Below, one piece after another: positions 12,019 through 26,500 of a stretch of DNA of 64,000 nt. A model generated the notes under the pieces. It did not search any database and was not told the origin of the DNA. It worked only from the letters and a program-made list of their open reading frames with translations. The number at the start of each line of letters is the position of its first letter. Position 1 is the stretch's first letter. The position numbers and the translations under genes were made by a program. This DNA comes from Takakia lepidozioides (Eukaryota; Plantae; Bryophyta). Location: positions 3,348,001 to 3,412,000 of the forward strand of contig CM060731.1 of NCBI GenBank assembly GCA_030704615.1. Direction: 5' to 3'.

Positions 12019-14960
12019 CTTCCAGCGATGCCTCTTCCTCGTGCTGGCACTGAAGCTCCTGATGCACTTGAGTCGTCATGGATCCCCTTGAGCTACAGTG
12101 TTTCGTGAAGCTCGGAGCTCAGAACGATAACGGCGGGAGAGAGATTGGTACTTTACTCATAACAGTTTCAAAATGCTAGTTTACCTCTGTTGATAGGATC
12201 ATAAATCTACAAAAATGGAAGATGGAGTGGCCCTGCTGATAGGCTTAACAACGGCGATAACAGTCGAGATAGGCTTGTGAATAAGCGGTGTCACGTCACT
12301 TACTTGTGGCGTGGTCTCAACGGAGGGAGTTATAATCAGGCTTACTAACGAACGTATCACAAGGTGTGAATGAACCTTAAGAGAGGAAAGAAATAAGTTA
12401 CTATAGTCAATTTGCAGTCAAGGGTCAAGTGGCTTATGAGTAGCTTAAGTAGTATGGAGGTTTTGGTTTTAGCCACTAGTAATGCAATTAAGTGTAGGTG
12501 GACACTGTACAAATCACCAAGATCGTACTGTAGACTATGTCAACGTGGTCTTGGTATATGACATAGGTACGTTATGTAATGGGATGTTGTGAGAAATGAT
12601 GTTTGTTGAGGTTTAACATAGATATGAAATGTTGGCAGGATGCTTATGGCTCCTATATTTTGATTGGTTGTTGTATATAATATTTAGTATAGATTATTGG
12701 GATTAATACAGTGTGTTGTGTGGTGATGGAAGTGAACTTTATTGCGTCAAGGGCATTATTGGGGAAGAGATACCAATTGGGGCCTCAAAAAAGAAAGATG
12801 ACATAGTTGTTATCGTCAAAAGAGAATTTACCGCATAAATTATATCAATATTGGTAAGTAAAAAATATGAGTGCTCAATTTACAATATGGTGTGCCAGAA
12901 TACCTTATGGTTAATCTTAGTACTGTGGTTAGGTTTGAAGGGAGACTTATGGATAGCAGACATGTATCAAAGGGGACTAGGTCCTCATTCATGTTTTGAA
13001 ATAGGTGGGGATGTACAGTGGCGGAAGGCCAGCTCTCGAACATGTATTGTGACTCTCAATGTGGTGATTGAGAAGGAGCAATGAAATTTGTGAAAGACGA
13101 TTGTGGTAAATGTAGCATACGATGCAGCTTATGACAAGCATTTGATCGGTCCAAGAAGAGAGTGCTGATGTTTTATTAGCGGTCGCTTCAATCGCATTAG
13201 ATTGCCTTCCGTTTTTCAGATTTCAATTTTTTCATTCAGTTCTGTCGACTTCCATTATCTTCAGTTCCCATTAGATCTATGCAAGTTTTTTTTGGTGTAG
13301 TTGTTTTTAAGTTTTCTTTAGTTGTTTTTAACTTGAGGAGGGGATAGAGGCCCTTGAAATTTATTAAAGGGAAAAAAAAATCCCATAGGGCCATAAGGCA
13401 AACAAACGAAGCACTAAGGGCAAACTCGAGAGAACAACAAAGGTGGTCAATTGGGGAAGACAAATGTAGAGCTCTGTGAGGCCCTTAAAAGAGGTCCATC
13501 GAGTGGTGTGATGATAAAACAGCTATAAGTGGCAATGTTCGAAATGACCAGAAGCAACAATTAGTAATAAAGAGACGTGTTAGTTGGAGTAGCTGTTAGG
13601 AAAAAGCCGTTAGCATGTGTTCTATGTCGCTAGCAGCGCGGTGCGTTTGGGGCCTAAGCATGATAGCATGATAGCAATTCTAACGATCAAAGCTAAGTCT
13701 GGTCGATTGTGATAATTTGCCTATGTGCTTCCAGTTGATTTCACGGGCGAGATAAAGAAGCGTCGAGTAGATGTCTTCCAACTGGAAGCGGGTCGTGCCA
13801 AACAGATGAGGATGGTGCAGCACTTGTGCACATGAGATTCTCTTCTCCATGAGGCCTCAAAACATTTGTGGATGCTATGTTGTTCCATTATATTCACTTC
13901 CCATTCCTTCAGTTTATTTTTCCATGGATGTTTTGTTTGAGTGACTATATGCCCAAAAATATTGAGAGTCAAGTTTATTGTGTTGTGATATGTCTAACAA
14001 ATTATTTGCACATATCAATAATTATATGGTCTAATATAATGGACATGTTACAATTATATTTCATTAAATACATTTATATCTTGTCTTCTTTATGAAGCCC
14101 AATATTTCTATCTTACAATATTACAAGAGAACATTTTACAATATAGTTCTTTATTCACAAGACAATGGACAGATGCCCCAGTCGCCAAAGCCAAAAATGT
14201 ATATATTGAACTACGATTGAATCGTACTGGACTGATCATTAATCAATATTTATTGTTCTTAAACTACATTGATCATTTTTCATGTATATATATGAAGTCA
14301 TTACGCGATCCTAGTCATTAGTTTGGGATTATTTGAGGGGAAAATAGATCAAAACCCTTGGTAAGCCATAATGTACTCACATTGAAACAACGAAGGATGA
14401 AGAAAACGCTAAAGAAATTTTTATCCATGAAAACTAATGTTATAATAGGTAAGATACATGGAATACCGCCTCAAGAAAATTGAAATACAACATCTAATTA
14501 CATTGTGGAGTTTGAACAACATGCATGATAAATGGATGTTGATGTGCCTAGCCTTGTAGCGACACAAAAATATGGCCGACGGATCCAACACTTCCATCCA
14601 TATTTTATCGACAATTTAAGCAAATTAATATTTGTCACATCATTCAGATAAGTAACTACCCCACCATTAACCCAATTTGTTGTAACAACCTACAAGCCAT
14701 CGTACAAACTATTACATAGTTATATGTTGAAATTGTGAGAGGTTTAATGTTGATATTTCATCTTAATTTAAGCCGGCAAGGTGTACTCCGATCATAGTAC
14801 ACCAAAGTTCTCTCCATACATCATCTAGATCCAGACACATGGGAGCTAAGTGTACCTTGGTATTTTAGTTTGTCAATCGGATCATATGACCATCGCCCTA
14901 TCATCAACTATTCCTAAATAGATTCATCCAAATATTTGTGAGACAATGATCATAAACTCT

Positions 14961-15392
14961 CTATGAGCCCATAGTGTTAGTAGCCCAGATAGGGGAATTC
15001 GTCGACTTGCAGTAGATAACAACATTTCCATCATCTTGCATATCCAATTGGTAGTCTAAATTGTCACATTTGGCTCTGTTGGTGCCAGAGGACCATACAG
15101 GGGCTCCTGAATCAGTATAGACCACCAAGTTTCCGTCTGTTCCCAATGTCAATTGGCAGCCAGAACCTTTGCCAGTGCTTCCGGAGGACCACGGTGCAAA
15201 GGTGCCGTCGTATAGCACCAAATTGCAGTCGGGTTGGATTACAAACAAGTAGCGCCCACTTGGGCTTGATAGAAGATATCCGGTGCCCAATGTGTCTCCT
15301 GCATTTAGGACGCTACTAAGGCAGCTAACACTAGCTGGAAGTGTGAATAACGCTACAATTAACACAATTTTGGACATACCCATTGCGCCCAT
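14961..15392 (-). CDS. GNA-type (bulb-type) mannose-binding lectin, secreted, intronless, 143 aa
   Basis: Hydrophobic signal peptide followed by three QxDxNxVxY-type repeats (QPDCNLVLY, GTDGNLVVY, QDDGNVVIY), plus WSSGT and WATNT. Confidence 0.92.
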   Translation of the reverse strand: MGAMGMSKIVLIVALFTLPASVSCLSSVLNAGDTLGTGYLLSSPSGRYLFVIQPDCNLVLYDGTFAPWSSGSTGKGSGCQLTLGTDGNLVVYTDSGAPVWSSGTNRAKCDNLDYQLDMQDDGNVVIYCKSTNSPIWATNTMGS

Positions 15393-18300
15393 GCTAGATT
15401 TTCAGCTATATGTGCAACTATTTGTGAGTGTGAGAGAGAAAGCAATTTCACAACTCACACCAAAAGGCAAAACATGTGTAATATAGTGAAAGAGACAAGT
15501 GGTTTGAGACTTCCTTTTCCCTCAAAGAGTTTGGAATTTATAACTTAAGGCATACTGTAGTTGTTGTCGAAACATTAATAATCAGTCCAAATGCAATTTA
15601 TGGGATTCTGTGACGATATTCTAATTTCTAATATCAGACAGCCTCAAGTAGAGAAATATAGAAACTCTTTGCATGAACGGAGTATGTTGTTGGACAAATA
15701 GATTTCTTGGATTTGTTTTCTTGGTTTGCTTGGAAATCGGGGATACCCATCGATTGGGCAACATTTGGCAAATAAACAAGCTTATCTCAAAATTTCTTTA
15801 AAGAAACAGGATGGGCAGGTACACTTCTAAACTTTAGGTAGAAAAGGAAAGAAAAATTAGACCACAACATTATTATCCAACAATTTGTCCCTTCTTATCT
15901 CTTTATTGATAAAATAGTCTGGTTGGATTTTTGGATGCAGCTGTATCAAATAGCACATTTTTTCTTTTTTTGAAGTATTGAACTACTTAATAGTTAATGA
16001 GCCATCATCGTTAGTAATAGGACCCACCCCCCATATCTAGGCACTAGCCTAAAGTTGAAGTGGCTATTACGTATGCCGATGTTGACCAACATCTTCTCTC
16101 TTTCTCTCTCTCTCTCTCTTATATTTATATGAAGTATTGTTTTTTAATGATTCTGAGTTAGTATCACATCATCTAGTACAAGAGAGTAACTAGCCAATTC
16201 GATAAAATGTACAACGATGTACAACGGTTCTAATTTTGTTGCTGTAAATTCAACGTGTACCTTATTTATTCATCATTTTTTTATTTGAAAAATGCTAAAA
16301 TATTTTCAAATAGATTGAAGGCATATATACACTTGATTAAGGTATATGCTCATCATGGCTATCCTTGACCTCCTACTAGCATACGTTATTTTTAGCAAGT
16401 CATATGAGTGTGAATTCTTTCAATGGCGTTGTCTCTTTCACACACGCTAAGACGGGCTGCCAACCTCTTGAAAAAAGCCTCTTAAAATGTGGGTTCCATT
16501 AAATATTTGTCAACATCTTGAAAGGTCAAGTAAGTGCACAAGTCATCCCACTCTCTTTCTTAACTGCACAATGTGTGGTCCTATGGTTGATCCATGTTCT
16601 CTATCCAACATTAACATGTTTTTGGGCATGTTCCACCTCCTTTGCATGCATCCCACATATGCATTCTTACTATATGCGTACCATCGAGCTTGTAAGATTT
16701 TAAATTCGAACTGAGATCGATCAGACCATAATATTTCAAATTTGAACTAGTATTCAAAGACATATGGCATATCCAGCTCCCGCCAATTGGCATACATATC
16801 TTCATAAAAAGAACATGATAGCACTGCCACAAGTGTTGGGCAGTTATCGAATAATGATTATATGAAAACGTTATGTCAGCCATGGCCGACGTCCTCTCTC
16901 TCTCTCTCTCCCCCCACAAGCCCTTTATCAATATATTTATAATCACAATAGATAATTCTTTTTGTTAATAAATTAGTTTTTTAAATATTATGTAATTAAA
17001 CAGCTTGAAAGTTTATAATTAAATACTTACATGTAAAATTAATTGATAAGTATATTTATGTAATATATATAGAGGAATATTTTTACAAAAGCAAACATGA
17101 TTTAAGGCCATCCGTAGCTGGGTTTGCCACACAGCCTTTAAATGGAACAGGACATGGCCTGATTTTTTTGCCAGAAGTGCCTAACGGAGCAAACAATTTT
17201 GTATTTGGTGAGCCAAAATAATTGAACCTACTCATGACAAATAATTTATAAATTATTCCATTGGATTTGGCTGAAAAGTTTACAAGGAGGCTTGGGCGCA
17301 TTCGACATTGCACCCTCAGAGAGGATGGATATGCAAATTTATTGATTTTGGATGGCTTCATTTGGAGCCACAATTTATTTTTGAAGCTGTCAGTTATGCA
17401 GAGCAATTTGAACACCTGAAAACACCTACAAATGAGCTGCAGGCTAAAGAAGGCCTTTTGCCTAATTTTCTGTGGCAAGTTTTCATTCCTACTACAGGTT
17501 AGAAATTATGTGGGACGAACATTTAGCAAAAATTAAAATTAAAAATCACTCAAATTGCATGGTCAAAGCAAAAAGAAATGGTGTTTAATAATTTTTAAAC
17601 ATAAAAGAAATCCCCATTAAGTCTGGATAATCTGCCAAATTGGTAGGTGGGTCGTAATTTTTAGGCATCTAAAAATGAACTACGTGGGCAATTAAGGGTC
17701 AACTATAATAGTCTTTAGCTATTTATAATTAAGCTACTTATATGGTTGACTATAGTTATCTTTAGCTATTTCAAGATAAGTTCTTGGTACTTTTCGTGTT
17801 GGGACCTCATTTGGCACATGTCTTATTTGGGCTATATAATTATGTAACCCACTATTATCAACCTGGGCCTGGATTTATAGAAAAAACCCTTCAACCATTT
17901 TTGAAGAGTGCTTTTAAAATTAAAAATTTATCAAAAGTACTTAGAGATACTAACTAATTAAATCAAAATATTATCTAAACACTAAATAATACCAGAATTA
18001 ATACTAATGACCTAGTAATAATCCTTGCAACATTGTACATAATTACGGGTGGGGGCCAAATATCCAAAAACTTGATAATGCTACTATGATATTAAGAGCA
18101 GCACACAACGAGTGCAATAAATGTCATGCAAGGTGGCGGCAAAAAGCAAGCTGTCTAGCCTCTTAATATTGATATTGGAAATCTAGTTTTTTGTTAGCCC
18201 TCATAAATATCAATATTAATATCAGTTTAAGCCTTATTCTAGGGTCTGGGTCTCAACATCAATATTAGTTACTTAAGCACTTAACCAGTGGGTAGGTTAT

Positions 18301-20479
18301 GAACTAGGTATTGTCCCACAATATACCCTACGGGTCCGGGTCCACATACCCGCATTGATACCTGTGCTGATATCTTGGACATACCCACATACCCTCCCAA
18401 CATTGGAATAAACTCTAACAAATTAGTGACGGCTGAAGGTCGGAGACTAGTTTTAGGCCCTTACCATATGAGCGGCAGCGAAAAGCAATGACGTGGAAGT
18501 CCCTGCCTATGACTTTTACGAACGATGGCATAGAGCGTAGGTATACGTCAACAAGAACCAGAAACCCACTACCACACGACCGACAATTGGGTATGGATAA
18601 GGCAGCGCAAAAACGATGAGAACAAGACGTCCGCTCTTCTTTCTTGCCAACGATTTTTTTGGGTCTCTGAGACAGATGCAAGTGAAGAAGAAGCATCACA
18701 GCCATGGACCTACCAATACGCCAAAACCTACTATCTTAAAATATAGAGACATAACAATATATATATGTATATATAAACTCTTTTGCATCTTGACTGATCT
18801 TGATTGATATTAATGTGCTATTACTGTGCATTTCTTTTTTCATCCTAGTTGTTTACATGTTCAAAAAGGTTGTTTTAGAAGGATTCGAACTCCTCATCTT
18901 TTCCTCTTGACTGCAATTAATGTGATACACACCTCATTAACTACACGTTTATGGAGCTCCTCCATATTAACATTCATTGCTAACTAGGGCAGGTTTATCT
19001 ACAACATAGGGCTTATCCGAGGGTGTTGTATCTTGTTGTAGATAAGATCCGGTGTAGGTATATCCCACTTTTTCAAAACTGATGCGTGGTCTCCTCTTGA
19101 GGGAGGAGCCAACAAAAGAATGTTACTGTCATTTGGTACAAAGCACTCCAAAGGTTTGGTTGCACAACTATGAAATGAATGGTATCATGTGAAAATGCAT
19201 GCAAATATAGTACCCTCAAATTACCACTGGTTCACCACAACGTGTATTATCCCAACACATGACACCATCATGACGTGGTCACTCAAGTGTCATTATTTCA
19301 TGTCTATCTTGAATTCCCTTCGGAAGAGTTCGAATTGAAGACCTCCACGTTACAATGTTGTTACCAACACATTTATTAAGATGCACAATGTAATAACTTC
19401 TCTCTGAACACCTTTGTGGTTGAGTTCAAACCAATCCTGGGAATGTTTGTCTCTCAACATCTAAGGGTCAACAAATCGATCGAGAGAGAGGAAATAAAGA
19501 GATTTATTATGTCCATGGCATGCCTAAAGAAAAAAAAGAGAAAAAAAGAATGTCATCACGTCCACATAGTGTCAAAAGGGGGCCATGAGACAACTTGGAA
19601 CAAACCAAGGACTGCTGGAGAAGACATGACCAAGTGTTGCTTGAAGACGAAGTGCCTTAAGCAGATAAGCCATAAGACACTTCACATTCACGATTTTACA
19701 GAAAGAAATAATTTAGAAAACAACATTAAAATCACTTGAGTATGCTACATCACTACACTAACACAAAGAATCTGAAAAGTAAGCAATGCAATAAGTGTTG
19801 TTGGGCACATATCTTAGAAATGAGCATTGTCAAAGTATGAGCTACAAAGCTCTCCTAAATGCCACAATGTGTCAATCAACTACAATCTTCAACTCTTTCT
19901 ACCATAGTTTGTCTAGCATGCACAATCATCTTTCATGGAGGTCTCTTCCAACCCTTTACATTTCCTGCCTAACAATTTGATAGTCTATGCTCATGCTTCC
20001 AAGCACATGCGGCCAAAAGGACAATATGTATACAAACATGTCCAATAAACTTACACAAATGCTACAAGCATATGTCAGTACTTTGGAAAGTTTGGAATGG
20101 TCTCTATGAAAAGTACGTCGACCAAAGAGCGGCGGTTGAGCATAGTTCTAGTGGTCCATATGTAAAGGCCATGTTTGACTATATCTCTATGTGAGGCTGA
20201 GATATACTGTTCGAGATTTCTCTGTCCGGGTTGCATTCCTTGATATAATGGTGGGTGTATGTAGTGGTTGTGGTTATATCACATGGTGTGGTGAGTATGT
20301 GCTAGGTGTGTTAGTCATGAAATCGAGATACAATACATAAGAATTGATTGAAGATGTCTCAACAACAATGGAAATACAAGCGGTGCCACCACTTGTGATC
20401 ACATGTTTGCACACTATAATATAAAAGGTGGACGCATTGCCGAAGCAAGCGTAACTTATGGTGCCACTTGACCCAGAAG

Positions 20480-20903
20480 GGCTACTGCCTTCCGGTAGGA
20501 AGGTGGACACTTTTGTAACAACCAACAGGGTGGTTTGAACCCACAACCAAGAGGGTATATGCCAGTGGGCTACATGTTGGTTGTTCACTATAATATCTTC
20601 TAAGTTGATCCTGCACATCAAACCCCCTCATGTATTGTTGATAATACTTCACAATAGAGGAAGTAGGAACCAATCGCCAAACATTCCGGTCAAGTCATTT
20701 AACAAAACTGGACTAGAAAACTTAAAAAAAATTGTCTTTCGTGTCCATTTCCCTCAAAACCCGCCAACAATCTACTTACCACAAAGTTCCCTTGACCATG
20801 TGTCAAATCAACAACATCATTGTGACCAAGGTACACTTCCATTCTATGTATGTATCTACAGTTACCACCGGCCAAATACCATATCTTTATCTCCATTTTC
20901 CAG

Positions 20904-20934
<31 letters not shown>

Positions 20935-21160
20935 TTGTTTTTTCGTATTGTTGCAATTGGAGGACTTACCCTTGTATTTCAATGTCATCTCATCAACACA
21001 TAGGTTTTGCTCGGGTTTCCAGAACTGAGCATAGAACTCATTTCGCCGGCCTATCAACAATCGGGCCTTCGTAATTTTATCATAACGAGCAAGTGCCAAC
21101 AGGTGATATGCACGAGCCGGTGGCAGGTTCCCAACAATGTGACCATGGCCCCTCGTCACG
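20480..21160 (-). pseudogene. piggyBac-like DDD transposase fragment
   Basis: PEQNLCVDEMTLKYKGK, KIWYLAGGNCRYIHRMEVYLG, DNFF (~20727-20738) and YQQYMRGFDVQDQLRRYY occur in piggyBac order. Frameshifted, internally deleted and interrupted by a (TTTTG)n tract at ~20903-20944. Confidence 0.8.
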
Positions 21161-21199
21161 GCCCTTTCAGGATGGTCTCGCCCAACATTTCGAGGAGTA

Positions 21200-22119
21200 G
21201 GCTTTGAAACCTCTATATGAAGGGTGTTCTTTCAGTAGGTTGGCTGCAACCCTTCTATTGTTGAACACATGTCAAACACATGGTGTCTCCAACATTGTTA
21301 ATGAGATACTTTCATTATTTCCAAAGAACTCTTGCCTGTTGAAAATTGTTTGCCCAAATCCCACTATAGAGCAAAACAACTCATAATGGAGTTGGGGCTT
21401 ACTTATGACAATATGGATGCATGTCCGAAGGGTTGTGTGTTATTTAGGGGAGAAAAGTTGGAGAAATTGGAGGCGTGCCTACAATCCAGTCCAATCCGTA
21501 TCGAGTGGGGACAAAGACACGGGTTCCATGTAAGGTTCTTCGTCACTTCCCTGTCATCAGGCTTCTACATATGTACAAAGTAAAAACAATTGCAGAACTC
21601 ATGACCTGACACTCTACAACCGAAGTGAGGATGGGTTGGTGAGGCACCCAGCAGACAGTAGAGCTTGGGCACACATTGACCAGACAAGTGGCCATATTTT
21701 GCGGAACCTAGAAGTATTCGACTAAGGTCTTGCTCTAGATGGAGTAAATCCATTCAATGACAAATCAACCAAATGATCGACATGGCTTGTCTTTCTCATC
21801 AATTACAATCTACCCCCCTGGTTATGCACCAAGGCTTTTTTTACAATGCTAACTCATCTGAATACCTGGGTCGGATTCAATGACGAATGCCAACATAGAT
21901 GTGTATTTGCAACCTGTGGTGGATGAATTAAAGTTGTTGTGGGAGGTGGGTGTTCAAGCAATAGATGGATCGAAGCAGGTGGGAGAACAAACATTCCTCA
22001 TGAGACCCATTCTAATGTGGTTAATACACAACTTTCAAGCATATGGGTTGTTGGCGGGGTGCAAACATGGTGGATACAAGGCATGCCCAACTTGTGATTC
22101 CAGGTACTCCAAGGCCTGA
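21200..22119 (+). pseudogene. CACTA/EnSpm (Transposase_21/TNP2) transposase fragment
   Basis: LPKSHYRAKQLIMELGLTYDNMDACPKGCVLF, DGVNPF, NYNLPPWLC, IDVYLQPVVDELKLLW and GYKACPTC, with stops and frameshifts. Confidence 0.9.
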
Positions 22120-23540
22120 TCTAAAATTTCCATTAGGATATGGATAGCCAACGAAGTCTTCAATTTTGCAACATTCATAAGGTACTTCTGCCACTTTCTC
22201 CTTCGAAGGCCCCTTGTGATCTAAGATTAGAGCAAACAAATTTGTCTGCGTGCTACGGACCGCATTATAGGTACATGCCAAGATAGATAAAAAAAAAATC
22301 AACAAGTGCAACATTATTGTGCAAAGGAACTTCTAGCTCCAACTCACCCCACTCCAAATTACCTTTGCCAGCTTGGAGGCATCTACATGTCATCGACAAA
22401 CTTTAGTTTAGGTGGCCATTCATTGCAACTTCTAGGCAAATTGTAAAGGCCAAGCTCATGTGTAGCATTTCAAGTGTACTCCAAAAAATTCCACATGTTA
22501 GGATCACAAAATGCATCCAAGTTTGCTCGAGCCTCCTCAGCTGGGCCACAATTAGAGTCCGAATCAATTCCAAGCACTATTACTGTTTTCAAAATTATCA
22601 TGAGGTCCCAAGTCCCAACCTAAGTGTGTCACCTACAGCTACTAGCATTGGCTCCTCAAGGTTCATGTCAATGGAAGCTCAGTGATGCATCCCAAGTGTA
22701 TGGGACTCCAGGACTGGAAGCCAAGGTTTTGGGTTTCTTATGCAGGCTATGCCTGGCATGGGAAGCCAAAAACAGTCGACATATCCTGTGCATTGGCCTG
22801 TGGGTCTGGGGTTCAAACCCCTGTGAAAGGGGGTTGATTTTCCTCTCTCTGGCTGCCGGGAAAAAATAGAAAGAAAAAGAAAAGGCTGAGCAAGTGTAAG
22901 TAAGGAGAGACTGTTGCTCAACTATTTGTTGCTGTGAATGCCAGCAGACGTTGGGAGGGAAAGGGATCCTTTCTTGCTTTACATTCTAATTGTATTTCTC
23001 ATGGATTGCTTGCGGTCTGCGATGGGTTCGCATTGCAACGGAATCTGTTCAGCAGCATCAAACTCAGAATTGGCAGGTCATCTGCGAGGAAGCAGAGAGT
23101 GGGCCCTGAGCAGGTGGGTTCCGTTGGAGAGATTAGCAGACGGAGAAGGGAATAGTTTTCATTATGGGTATTCAATGGAGGTCTTGAAGGCTTTGGGGCT
23201 TGCGTTATAACATCATCATCATCATGGTAGTGAGAATCGGCGTACGTTTTGCCAGGAAGTGGTAGATCGAGCCTAAGTGAAGGATTAAGATTCTAGGGAG
23301 AGGATGCAGATCGTTATAAAGAGAGTGGAGAGTTCAATATCACCCAGAGTATGAGACTTTCGATGCCTGCGGGTCGTTTGAAGGGCTTTGGAATGCGCAG
23401 AATCACATGACCTCATCAAGAACTTGTATGGAATCCTCTTTCAGGGGAAGGACAGGCAGTTGGGATGTTGGAGGGGGGCTTGAGAGAAATCTGATACACC
23501 CAGGTCAGGAAGGGGTCCTTCTGCCAGTTGGCTCATAGCT

Positions 23541-26500
23541 ATGGCTTCCACAGACAGCTTGACGTCAGCGACGTCCATCCCCTTCGCTGACCTCTCCTTA
23601 CGAAAGAAGCAGGACGACTTTCAAGCAGGGCGTCGAAGGCTCGATGAGTTCAGGCAAAAGAAGAAGGGGAAGAAAGCAACTCCCACCCCACCCCGATCTG
23701 CACTGCCCTCTGATGTGCCAGCTTCAAAAGGTAACGAAGATGGTCGATCTCTGCAAGGAACAGACGGCCTGCCACAACAAGGTGTGGAATCCAAGCCGCA
23801 CGTCTCAGGAGCTGAAAATGGTGTCAATTGTAGCATGTCTACGAAGCGTGGGGATGAGAGCTTCAAAATTCCTACTGAAGCGTCTGATATCGGGGGATTC
23901 AAAACATTCATGGATTCTTACAAGCCAGTGAATGGTACCACCAGGTCAGATTCGATGGTGACATCCATTGGGGATTCTTCACAATCATTTCTGCATTTAT
24001 CAGCCAGTCATGTGCCTAATGCAGCCAACACAAAGACAAGTCCTGATTTATCTGAGGCAGCACTGCCGGTGATTTCAGGTCAGATCTCGACACTGATCGC
24101 CACTCCTTATTCAAATGCATTCGAAGTGAACAGGTATCTGGAAAGAGGTCCACCCAGGAGTTCAGACAGAGAGCCTTCGCCAGCTTCTAGGCTGTTTAGG
24201 GTTGACAAACCTGAGGCCACGTTGAATTCGCCGGAGATGCATTCGTTGTCGCTTGCCAATGGGACGGAACAACATTGTATTGGGACGTCCCGGGGGCACA
24301 ACGCAAGCCCAGGCAAATTGCCAAGCAGTCGGCTGGGAGAGTTGGCATCTGTTGCATTGGGTTCGACTGGTCTGGGTGGCAGTGCAAGAAAGACAGACGA
24401 TGTCTCAAAGTCTGATGCATTTGCAAGTGTCTTGGTATCTAACTGGTCTTCCTCAGAACCGCTTTTGACATCTACTGCCACAATACCGACAGAAAGCTCT
24501 CCCTCATTGTATGATGCCTGGTCCCAACCCTCCGTTGCTGGGTCGTTGACATACCCCGCCCCTTTCTTGCCACTCCTCCCCATTCCTACTAGTGCTTGTC
24601 AAGATAGTGAGAGAAATTCACCATCTACCAGTTCCACTGTTGTCGTGTCTACATCTTTAGCCAAATTGGCGATATCTTCTCCCTCTTCATTTTCAAGTTC
24701 CCCTTTGAGACCATTTGGGCCCTCATTGTCACAAATAACAAATGTTACAAATGAGTCTTTGCAAAATAAATTTGTCTCAACTGATGGTGACTTTGGGTCG
24801 AGGTCTCCATGGACGACAGCTTCGGCTCCAGAACCTTCCTTTTTCTCACACTCATTGTCATCCTCAAGGCCATCTTTATCTTCTTTTGCATTTTCCGACC
24901 TGTCACCTAGACCACATTCATCATCATTTCTCCAGGTATTCCCTTCACAATCAGCGACAGTTGCTGTAGGAGACATTGAAGATCTTGCAAGTCTCAATAT
25001 TCATGAGACAGTAGAGGGGCAGAGTGTAGAGTTATTGCCAGCCTCACCAGTGGCAGCACCTTGGGTCCATTTTATTGGCCAGGAAAATGCCACTAGCAAT
25101 GTCAAGAAAAGTGAGCATGAGGAGTTTGCATCGCTAGAGCAGCACATTGAGGACTTGACTCGGGAAAAGTTTTCACTGCAGCGTAGCCTTGATACCGCAA
25201 GAACCTTGGCAGAATCTCTGGCAGGGGAAAATACCACACTCACTAAGGACTTCAACAATCAGGTAATGTTTTCATTCATGCACAAGCTCCTGTAAATCTG
25301 GAAAGTTTAAGGCTTTCCTTTGGCAACTGAGTGTCCTGTATGGGAGGTTGAGGTCGCCCTAATGAGGTGGTGGGACACAGACACTGGTGCCACACCTGTA
25401 ATGCCTGGGGGAAAATTCTTGTTATAAATAAGATTCATGCAGAGTCCGTTCTCATATTTGTCTCTGTGTTATTCTTGTTTTCATGTCCTCGTTGAACGGG
25501 TTCGTACTACATGATTCTGGGGGGAAGGAATGGTAGGATCTCACTGCCATTTGTCCTGAAGTTCTTAGAGAAAGCCAATGTGAAATGAGTCAGAGAACAT
25601 AGCAATGCTATCTCTATCTGCTACAACTTTGAGGGTAATCAATTGTGTTGAATACGAAGTCTTGAACAAGGAGCACAGGTGCCTCTGCACAAAGTTGTTG
25701 TTGTTGGATTGCCCAGGAGTAGGGAAGCAACTGGCGCTCTATTTGCTGCAATGTTCAATGTTCACTGGATTGTCAGTCCAATTGATATACACTCGCCTTC
25801 TTCTCACCAGGGGGCACTAGTCAATCAACTAAAAGTGGAGATAGAAAGGCTTAATGAAGAGATGCATGCTCGAGAAGTTGTTGTGGAAGGTATGACGGCT
25901 GAAAGAGACAGGGCTCGGCAAGAAAACTGTTCAGCAACTGAACGGTGCCAGACGCTGGCTAGTGAAGTTATCACACTGGAAAACCGGGTATGCAGACTGC
26001 GGTCCCATGAATTAAAGCTGGAACAAGACATGGAAGCGTTGACTTCCAATGCAGAGTCACGGAAACGAAAGATTGCTTCCTTGGAAAAGGACCACAAGCA
26101 CTTAAGGTGCATGGTTGATGCCCTGCAAGAAGAGAAGAAGGTGTTGCAAGTTCGTCTCCAACAGGCAGCTCTTGGTGGAACACTTGATGATGCACACACA
26201 TTGTCCAGAGAGAACACTGCAGCTGCACTTGAGAGGGATCGGAGCGTAGCTGATGCCTCAACTTTCACTGATGATCTAGCAGAATTGCTTCCTGCAGCAG
26301 GTCAAGGACAATCCTCTCACCTAGAGTCTCCATCACTTCAGGCAGACCAGCGTTCACATAACCAAGACTTGGGACAGGACAAAGGGTGTCCAAATTTAGT
26401 ACCTTTTGAGCCACCAGTGCTCCTGAGATCTCCCCATTCCTCTCTTTCACAGGTCCCTCTCCCTCTCTCTTCATTGTCTAGAGGCCAATCTTCTTTCTCG

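Larger units (their letters stand above)
8994..12377. mobile_element. PIF/Harbinger DNA transposon, both ends present, coding regions decayed
   Basis: Perfect 16-bp TIR AGGTTCATTCACACCT (8994-9009 / 12362-12377). TAA TSD at 8991-8993 and 12378-12380. Contains convergent transposase and Myb/SANT gene remnants. Confidence 0.95.

Noticed and set aside
18285-19070. MITE-like element with TACCC/GGGTA-rich ends (similar texture at 39300-39510 and 40640-40780)
   Set aside because: Inverted-repeat matches are too weak to fix boundaries.
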